Below are positions 39,423 through 46,467 of a stretch of 64,000 nucleotides of DNA, piece by piece. Below the pieces are notes generated by a model. The model did no database searches. It was given only the letters and a program-made list of their open reading frames with translations, and was not told where the DNA came from. Numbering within the stretch: the first letter of the stretch is position 1; each line of letters begins with the position of its first letter. This DNA is from an uncultured delta proteobacterium (GTDB lineage Bacteria > Desulfobacterota > Binatia > UBA9968). A program made the translations under genes and the position numbers. The stretch covers positions 864,001 to 928,000 of the forward strand of contig CAVYTU010000017.1 of assembly GCA_963771465.1 (NCBI GenBank). Direction: 5' to 3'.

Positions 39423-41915
39423 ATGGGTCACCATTCTCGGCAACGGCGGCTGCTCTTTTTCATTACGGCTATTTTGGCTCTTGTCCTGTTAGGCCAGACT
39501 TTGGTGTCGTCCGGCCGCTGGTTGAATCAACCGTTCCCGGGATTTTTTATTTATCAAAACTTGACGGTCGCTCCATACTCCGTTCCCGGTTGGGACGGAA
39601 TGGCGGCGGGATTGCAATCCTTGGATCGTGTCGTCAGCGTCGGCGGCAGTGTGCTCAACGGCCGCGCCGAGCTCTATGACCGCGTTCGTCATCTTCCGGC
39701 GGGCTCAAAAATCAATTATCAGGTGATGCGCAACACTCAGCGGCTTGACCTGACGATTACGTCCAAGAGTTTCACTGTGCGCGACTGGCTGTTGAGCTTC
39801 GCTATCTATATCGTCATTGGCCTGGCGTTTCTCGTCATCGGCGTAGTGCCGTATTTTTACCGAGCGCCGTCGCCGGTAGCTTTGCCGCTTTGCTTCATGG
39901 TCATGGCGGTGTTCGTATGGTTTCAGACCACGTTCGATTTCATGACCGAGGGTTGGCTGCCCAAAGAGATCCGTATCTTCGCGCTGTGCCTGACACCGAG
40001 CGCGGCGATTCACTTGGCGCTGCTGCTCAGTCGAGGCCAGCGCAAAACGGCGCCCAATCGGCTTGTCGTGGCATCGATCTATGGTGCCGGCACCGCCATC
40101 GCCCTGCTCAATAGCTGGAGCTATTTCGCCGCGGTGGAGACTTGGCGGCTGTTATTTCGTATGGCTTACGGTTATGTCTTTGTCGGCGCGCTGGCGTTCT
40201 TGGTGATTACCGGAAGGGCGTTACGTTATTCGGAGTCTGATTTGGAACGTTCGCGGTTGCGCGTCATGTTCGTCGGCGCACTTGCCGGTTTTTTACTCCC
40301 CGCGCTGACCACGGTTTTGACGATTACGCTGCAACTGCCGATCCCTTACAATCTGGCGTTGGTGCCGACGGTTTTCTTTCCCATCTCGGTCGCTTACGCG
40401 CTACTAAAATACACTCTCTTCGATCTTGGCAGGGTTTTTAAGATAGCCCTCAGCCGCGTCGCCTTGCTCGTTGTCTTGTTCGCGCTCTATGCCGGCGTGG
40501 CATTTCTGGTCGCGCCATGGGCCGGCGAGAGTATCGAAGATCCGTTGGTTCTGATGTTGTTTGCCGTTCTCGTCGTACTTCTATTCAATCCATTGCTCGG
40601 TTGGCTGGAAGGAGTCGTCGATCGCTACATCTATCAGCAAGACTACGACCCAGAGAAAGTGCGCGGCGAAGTGAGCCATTTTCTCCGCACTTTGTCCGCC
40701 GCCCCAGCTATAGCTATGGGATTCCTCGACCGCGTCGTTACGCCGCTCAGCATCGAGCGGGCCGAGCTTTTCTACCGAACGAAAGATGCCGATCAATGGT
40801 TGACGGCCGCGACGGATGCGCCGGGCGAGAAGCTGCTCGCGGGCGCAGCCGACGAGCGCGATTGTTTGGCTCTCTGGAAAGATCATGACTGGCGCGTGAT
40901 TTCCCACGATGAAGTGTCGACCGACCCGCAGTTCGGCGAGCGCCGGGAACGGATGCTGCAACTTTTCGAGCGCAGGCGCGCGCAACTTTTGCTGCCGCTG
41001 GTGTACCAGCGTGAAGTTCGCGGCTTCGTGTCGTTTAGCGCCAAGCGATCGGGCCGTGAGTATAGCGCCGCCGATTACCGTTTACTGTCGACACTGACGG
41101 AACAATTGGCGTTGTCGCTGGAAAACGGCAGGCTCTACGAAGAGTCGCTACAGGCCTATCGCCGCGTCGAGGAGAGCAATAAGAAGTTGATCGAAAGCGA
41201 TCGCGTCAAAAAGGACTTCGTCGCCAACATCTGCCATGAACTGCGCACGCCGATCACGACGATTATTGGATTCGGTGAAGTCCTGCGTGAATTCACAATT
41301 CCGGTGGATGCACGCGCGATTCTCGACAAGCTGGTGAACAATGGTCAAGAGCTGTCGAGCTTGATGGACAATCTGATGAATTATTCGCGCATGGAAGCGA
41401 AGATCTCCGGCACCGCAGCGCAGTTCGAGATCGTCAAGCTCAAAGAAATATTGGGCGCGCTTGAAATGATGACCCAGCGCTTGATCCGGGCGCGGCCCAT
41501 CGAGTTCGGCATACACATCGAATCGGCCATCGATACCATCGAGAGCGACGGCCAAAAGGTCCAGCAGATACTCGTCCAACTGCTCACCAACGCGCTGAAG
41601 TTTACCGAAAAAGGCCGCATCGATTTGTCGATCCGAGAACAGCGTGAGCGTGGCACTCTTGAAATCGCCGTGGCCGATACCGGTATCGGCATCAAGCGCG
41701 AGGATCAGGAACTTATTTTTGAGGACTTCCGCCAGCTCGACGGTTCGTCGACGCGTCACTACGGCGGCACTGGACTTGGACTTGGCCTTTGTAGGAAATT
41801 CGCAGCGGCTCTCGGCGGCGAGATTGAAGTGGCCAGCGAAATAGGCGTCGGCAGCGTGTTTAAATTGTTATTGCCGGTGCGCCCGGCGCAAACCGCGGAA
41901 CGCTTCGCAGCTTAG
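39423..41915 (+). CDS. membrane sensor histidine kinase (PDZ-like, multi-TM, GAF, HisKA, HATPase)
   Basis: AGLQSLDRVVSVGG (PDZ-like), TM bundle, LLLPL...LENGRLY (GAF), HELRTP, NALKFT, DTGIGI, GTGLGL. Confidence 0.9.
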   Translation: MGHHSRQRRLLFFITAILALVLLGQTLVSSGRWLNQPFPGFFIYQNLTVAPYSVPGWDGMAAGLQSLDRVVSVGGSVLNGRAELYDRVRHLPAGSKINYQVMRNTQRLDLTITSKSFTVRDWLLSFAIYIVIGLAFLVIGVVPYFYRAPSPVALPLCFMVMAVFVWFQTTFDFMTEGWLPKEIRIFALCLTPSAAIHLALLLSRGQRKTAPNRLVVASIYGAGTAIALLNSWSYFAAVETWRLLFRMAYGYVFVGALAFLVITGRALRYSESDLERSRLRVMFVGALAGFLLPALTTVLTITLQLPIPYNLALVPTVFFPISVAYALLKYTLFDLGRVFKIALSRVALLVVLFALYAGVAFLVAPWAGESIEDPLVLMLFAVLVVLLFNPLLGWLEGVVDRYIYQQDYDPEKVRGEVSHFLRTLSAAPAIAMGFLDRVVTPLSIERAELFYRTKDADQWLTAATDAPGEKLLAGAADERDCLALWKDHDWRVISHDEVSTDPQFGERRERMLQLFERRRAQLLLPLVYQREVRGFVSFSAKRSGREYSAADYRLLSTLTEQLALSLENGRLYEESLQAYRRVEESNKKLIESDRVKKDFVANICHELRTPITTIIGFGEVLREFTIPVDARAILDKLVNNGQELSSLMDNLMNYSRMEAKISGTAAQFEIVKLKEILGALEMMTQRLIRARPIEFGIHIESAIDTIESDGQKVQQILVQLLTNALKFTEKGRIDLSIREQRERGTLEIAVADTGIGIKREDQELIFEDFRQLDGSSTRHYGGTGLGLGLCRKFAAALGGEIEVASEIGVGSVFKLLLPVRPAQTAERFAA

Positions 41916-41997
41916 GGCGCGACGAAATGGTTGCAGTGATTTTGCGCGAGTCCTGTGTTACATTCGCGCCACCAACACAGAAAGGTAGAAAGCGTTT

Positions 41998-42711
41998 ATG
42001 CCCCAGTTACGTCAATTGGTAATCGCCGCCGAAGATCCTGTCCGTTTGGCCGGCTTCTACCAAGAGGTCTTCGATCTCGAAAAGATTGAAGAAAACGCCG
42101 CCGTGGTGTTTCTCTCCGATGGCACGTTCAACTTGTCGTTGATGCGCGAGACCGAGCCGGCGAAGCAAGGATTTCGCCACCTGGGTTTCGACACCACCCG
42201 CGCCGAGTCGGTGCGACTAAAACTGGCCCATGTAGAGACCGCTGACCGCGAGGTTCACGAGGTGAATTCCGCCGCCGGCATCGATCACGAGCTGCATGAT
42301 CCCGACGGTAATCTGATCGGTATTTCACGGCGCGCTTTTGATGTTGCCTACCAGCAAAGACCGGTGCCGATTCGCCACATCGCGCTCTACACGCCCAATC
42401 CCCAGCGCATGCGCGACTTTTATTGCAGCGTCCTTGACATGAAGGAAGTCGAGCGCACCGATCGCTCATCGATCTTCGTCTCCGACGGCTATTTCAACTT
42501 GGCGCTCTTGTACCAAAGGAAAGAAGAACCCATGGGGCTCAATCATTTTGGCTTTCATGTCAAAAGCAATGAAGAGATGCAGGCCCGCGCGGAGAAGGCC
42601 GGTGTGCGCCGCGGCGCCAAGCGGCCCGACCGCATTCCCTTCGCCGAATATCGCGTGCATGATCCCGAGGGCAACGGCATCGATATCTCGCAAAAGGGTT
42701 GGCATGTATGA
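41998..42711 (+). CDS. two-domain VOC/glyoxalase family protein
   Basis: duplicated module: LSDG.FNL, HLGF/HFGF, DPDGN/DPEGN. Confidence 0.85.
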   Translation: MPQLRQLVIAAEDPVRLAGFYQEVFDLEKIEENAAVVFLSDGTFNLSLMRETEPAKQGFRHLGFDTTRAESVRLKLAHVETADREVHEVNSAAGIDHELHDPDGNLIGISRRAFDVAYQQRPVPIRHIALYTPNPQRMRDFYCSVLDMKEVERTDRSSIFVSDGYFNLALLYQRKEEPMGLNHFGFHVKSNEEMQARAEKAGVRRGAKRPDRIPFAEYRVHDPEGNGIDISQKGWHV

Positions 42712-42729
42712 CCAAAGCGTTACCGGGTC

Positions 42730-42794
42730 GAGGATCGCTGATGGAGGATAGATGATCGCGGTTTTCTATCCTCAATTTTCCATCCTCTATCCTC
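42730..42794. repeat. palindromic 7-bp-period repeat
   Basis: GAGGATC GCTGATG GAGGATA GATGATC ... TATCCTC AATTTTC CATCCTC TATCCTC. Confidence 0.75.
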
Positions 42795-42840
42795 AACCCT
42801 GCGAGTTCGCTATCTTGGAACGCTGAGTCGAGCAAACGTC

Positions 42841-43488
42841 ATGAATAGCGAAAATTTCTTGGAAGAAATCCTGACGCCGGTGCATGAGTTTTGCCGCCAG
42901 CTCGACGCCAAACCGCCGGCCTATTGTTACGTGCCGCTCGGCACGGATGCGGAACGCATTCGGGTCATGCAGAGCCGGCTGTTTAACGAATTGCGAGCCG
43001 CGGATTTATTCGGCACCTGGCTCAGGACGACGCCGGAGCTCGACGTCAAAGCGACGATGGCCGAATCAGCTCACGAAGAGATGGTCCATGCGCAATTATT
43101 GTCCAAGCGGCTTCGCGACCTCGGCGCCGAGCCGTTCGACTACAGGCCGCTGCCGGCGCAGATCGCCATGTTCAACGCCATGGAAGGGCTCAACGAAACC
43201 TGCGAGCGCATCGCCGGACTATCGTTGGCCGGGGAGACCGTCGCCAACTACTTGATCCAAATGTGTCTTAAATCGCCGGACGTGCCCGAGTGGATCAAGC
43301 AGCCCTATCGCAAGATCACCGAGGACGAAGAAGGTCACGGTAGTGTGCCGCAAGAATTTCTCAAACGTTATGCCATTACGGAAGAGCGCCAAGACAAAGT
43401 GCGCCGCGCGGTGGCGATGCGCATGGTTTTGTTCCGCGAGTATCTCGCCAGTTTGGACCGCTGGTCGATGGGAATCGATCGGTGGTAA
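42841..43488 (+). CDS. ferritin-like di-iron domain protein
   Basis: two E...ExxH sets (NELRA/EEMVH; GE/DEEGH). Confidence 0.8.
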   Translation: MNSENFLEEILTPVHEFCRQLDAKPPAYCYVPLGTDAERIRVMQSRLFNELRAADLFGTWLRTTPELDVKATMAESAHEEMVHAQLLSKRLRDLGAEPFDYRPLPAQIAMFNAMEGLNETCERIAGLSLAGETVANYLIQMCLKSPDVPEWIKQPYRKITEDEEGHGSVPQEFLKRYAITEERQDKVRRAVAMRMVLFREYLASLDRWSMGIDRW

Positions 43489-43550
43489 AGGTCGACAATT
43501 TTTACGGTTTAGTATTACAGTAGCGTGAATTAAAAAATGGATAGGAGAGA

Positions 43551-44483
43551 TTGATGAAGATTCTGTTCTTCGACGATTTCAAACTCGGCGTGGTCAAGGG
43601 CGACAACGTCGTCGACGTATCGGCTGTGGTGCACGATATTCCACACCTTGGCCCGCATGATTTGATTAGCGGTTTGATCGAGCGCTTCGCTGATCATCGC
43701 GGCGCCTTGGAAAAGGCGGTTGCGGCCGGCACCGGCGTGCCGCTCAAACAGGTGCGCATTCGGCCGCCGCTGCCGCGGCCGGTCAATATCGATTGCATGG
43801 CGGTAAACTATATGGAAGACGGCACGCGCAAAGAGCCGGCGCCCATCAACGCCTTTCATAAATCACCGGGCTCCGTCATTGGCGACGGCGACACGATGAT
43901 ATTGCCCGATGTACCTGCGCCGATCTTCGAAGGCGAGGCCGAGATGGCGCTCGTCATCGGCAAACGCGCGGACAACGTGCCTGCCGCTAAGGCGATGGAT
44001 TACGTTTTCGGTTATTTGAATTTCATCGACGGCTCGGCGCGCGGCTTGCCGCCGGCGGGAAACACTTTTTATCAAATGAAGTCGCGCGCCACTTTCGGTC
44101 CCATGGGACCTTATATCGTGACTGCTGACGAAATTAAGGACCCGCATAATCTCCAGGTCCGATTGTGGAACAACGGCACTTTGATGCAGAACTACAACAC
44201 CAGTGACATGGCGCATAAAATTCCCCGCTGCATCGAATGGATTACGTCGATCCATCCACTTGAGGTGGGTGACGTGCTGGCGTTGGGCACCAACCACCGC
44301 GGCCTCAATCCGTTTCAGGACGGCGACCAGATCGAGATTGAAACCGAACCGCTGGGCCGTCTGCATGTGAAAGTTCGCGATGATCTCAAGCGTACTTGGG
44401 CGCGGGAGACCCGCCTGCAACGCCACGACAAAGGGGAGGAAGGTCACACGTCGCAGCTTACCGGCAAATATGCCAAAGCTTAG
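43551..44483 (+). CDS. fumarylacetoacetate hydrolase family protein
   Basis: AVNY, FEGEAEMALVIGK, DGSAR, GPYIVT, GDVLALGT. Confidence 0.92.
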   Translation: MMKILFFDDFKLGVVKGDNVVDVSAVVHDIPHLGPHDLISGLIERFADHRGALEKAVAAGTGVPLKQVRIRPPLPRPVNIDCMAVNYMEDGTRKEPAPINAFHKSPGSVIGDGDTMILPDVPAPIFEGEAEMALVIGKRADNVPAAKAMDYVFGYLNFIDGSARGLPPAGNTFYQMKSRATFGPMGPYIVTADEIKDPHNLQVRLWNNGTLMQNYNTSDMAHKIPRCIEWITSIHPLEVGDVLALGTNHRGLNPFQDGDQIEIETEPLGRLHVKVRDDLKRTWARETRLQRHDKGEEGHTSQLTGKYAKA

Positions 44484-44515
44484 TGCGTGCGATCGCGATT
44501 AAAGGCTATCTTGGA

Positions 44516-44553
44516 CCGGCGAGCTGCGCGCTTGACGCCGCGCTGCTCGCCGG
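44516..44553 (+). terminator. GC-rich hairpin after the FAH gene
   Basis: CCGGCGAGC(44516-24)/GCTCGCCGG(44545-53) arms; weak U-tract. Confidence 0.45.
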
Positions 44554-44596
44554 ATTATTCCGCTGTTAATTTCACGCTGAGTCGTAGCGATATTCA

Positions 44597-45619
44597 TTGA
44601 CGCCCACAGTGATTTCTTCACCTGATCGCATCTCACGCCGACACCAGCTACGGCCGCTCAACGGAGCGTTGTGGTTCGTGTTGTGCGCGCTCTTGTCGTG
44701 CACAACTGTCAGCGCGCCGCCCCAGGATCCGGGATTCTACCCAGGCCAGCTGCGGATCGTTAAAGCGCAAAACCTGTCGGAAGAGCAACGGCGGGTCGAG
44801 GCGCGCTTCGCGGCATATTTAGAAAGCCGCACCGATGAGGCGATTGCCCGCTATCACGCCAAGTACGGCACGGAGATCAACACCGACAACGTGCGCGAGC
44901 TGTCCATCGACTATGCGCCGGGCGGAATGGATGCGGAGGATGGCGCCACGGTAAACGCGCGCACGCGCTGGGGCGATGCGGTGCATGAACCGGCGAGCGC
45001 GCTGACCCGGGAGATTTACCGCCGCGCGCTGCTTAAAAAAACCCCGCCGAAGCGGCGCCGGCAGGTGGTTTTTGTCGTCGGCGGCGCCGGTGTTGGCAAG
45101 ACCACGAGTATCCGCAACCTCTCGGACCTACGCAATGCGGTGGAAGCCTCAGAGATCGTTTACGATACCATTTTCGCCGGCTATCGTTCAGCGTTAGAGC
45201 GTGTCAATCAAGCCCTCGATGCCGGACGCATGGTGAGCCTGGTGTTTGTCTATCGCGATCCGATGGACTCGTTCGTCGACGGTATGCTGCCGCGCGCCAA
45301 ACGCGGCGGCCGGACGTTACCGTTGGACGTCTACGTCAACTCTCACGTCGGCGCGCTGGAAACTTTTCCCAGGCTCGCTGACAACTTTAAGGACGACCGC
45401 CGGCTTTCATTCGCCGTCATCGATAACAGCCGGGGCATGGCCAACGCAGTGGTGGCTGATGTCGACTTCGTCAAGTCGACGGCGCGCAAGTTTTCCCGCG
45501 AGACATTAAAACTCGAGGTCACGCGGGCATTGGAGCAAGCTTATGAAAAGGGCAAAAAAGGCGACCAGGACGGAATTTCTGAAATGCTCTACCGAGCAAT
45601 TAAAGGCGATGGATCTTGA
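44597..45619 (+). CDS. putative lipoprotein with zeta-toxin-like P-loop kinase domain
   Basis: RR..R + hydrophobic stretch + LLS-C; AVHEPAS; Walker A GGAGVGKT; VYDT; RAKRGGRTLP lid; IDNS. Confidence 0.75.
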   Translation: MTPTVISSPDRISRRHQLRPLNGALWFVLCALLSCTTVSAPPQDPGFYPGQLRIVKAQNLSEEQRRVEARFAAYLESRTDEAIARYHAKYGTEINTDNVRELSIDYAPGGMDAEDGATVNARTRWGDAVHEPASALTREIYRRALLKKTPPKRRRQVVFVVGGAGVGKTTSIRNLSDLRNAVEASEIVYDTIFAGYRSALERVNQALDAGRMVSLVFVYRDPMDSFVDGMLPRAKRGGRTLPLDVYVNSHVGALETFPRLADNFKDDRRLSFAVIDNSRGMANAVVADVDFVKSTARKFSRETLKLEVTRALEQAYEKGKKGDQDGISEMLYRAIKGDGS

Positions 45620-45722
45620 CACTTACACGAAACATCTGGCTGGCGCGATGGTCGAAGCGCTCAACTCGACCACCGAGCGGGAAAAATCGTCAGGCGGCGG
45701 CAACGATAAAAAGCGCAAGTGA
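45609..45722 (+). CDS. 37-aa small ORF overlapping the zeta-like gene end (not in the ORF track)
   Basis: AAAGG-CG-ATG; MDLDTYTKHLAGAMVEALNSTTEREKSSGGGNDKKRK*; fills the gap and ends 9 nt before the next GTG. Confidence 0.5.
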   Translation: MDLDTYTKHLAGAMVEALNSTTEREKSSGGGNDKKRK

Positions 45723-45731
45723 GGGGTTGGC

Positions 45732-46460
45732 GTGAAGTTTGTGACCTGGCTATCGAAAAAGTCCATCGGGCAAGTTCTTTATCGATCGCTTGCCGTTTCG
45801 ATTCTAGTTGGAGCGGGAGTCGCTCATGGGGCGGAAAACGACGACTCGGAGCGCACCGCACAGGCGATCTACAAGGAGCTGGTCGGAATCGAACGAAGCG
45901 TTCATCGGACGGTGCGCCAAACTGAGGGCGCCGAGAGGATTAGCAAGACATTGGATGAGCTGATGGGCAAATACGATTTGACGCCGCGCAGCAGTGATTG
46001 CCCGGTGTTTTTTGCCCAGGCAACCGTGCAATCGCAATTCAGCGGGTCAGGTATATTTCAAAAGGCGAGCATTAGTGATGTTGCGGCCATGTTGAAATCT
46101 GGAAAAATCACGCCGGATGCCGTGCCCGTCAGTTTCGTTTGGTTGGACGGTAAGCGAGTGACGGTAAACAATCGCTCGCTGACCGCGCTCTATAAGGCGG
46201 GACTGCGGCCGGCAAAATTAATCGATCAATCGGGAAAGTTGCGTCGGCAAGGCAGTGAGTCGCTCGAATCAGTACTGCAACGGATTGACGGCATGGCCGG
46301 CAAACCATCGACGGAAATGCTCGTGCGCGTCGCCGGCCACGATAGCGCCGGAACGTGGCGGGAAGCCATCGACTGGCGCGCTCCCATCGGCGAGATCGTC
46401 AGCATGCCGGAGGAATTGTTGGCCCATGCCCGAGTCTGCGATAAAAGCGCTGGCAAGTAA
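45732..46460 (+). CDS. exported protein with ParB/Srx-like (Tox-ParB-type) domain
   Basis: signal peptide ...VAHG-A; FAQ..V...FS, ISDVAAMLKSGKITPDAVPV, VNNRSLTALYKAG. Confidence 0.6.
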   Translation: MKFVTWLSKKSIGQVLYRSLAVSILVGAGVAHGAENDDSERTAQAIYKELVGIERSVHRTVRQTEGAERISKTLDELMGKYDLTPRSSDCPVFFAQATVQSQFSGSGIFQKASISDVAAMLKSGKITPDAVPVSFVWLDGKRVTVNNRSLTALYKAGLRPAKLIDQSGKLRRQGSESLESVLQRIDGMAGKPSTEMLVRVAGHDSAGTWREAIDWRAPIGEIVSMPEELLAHARVCDKSAGK

Positions 46461-46467
46461 CCGTCCA

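Noticed and set aside
46255-46467. N-terminal 71-aa extension of the CYTH-NHL ORF
   Set aside because: Overlaps the upstream gene; ATG 46468 gives a clean signal peptide 7 nt after the previous stop
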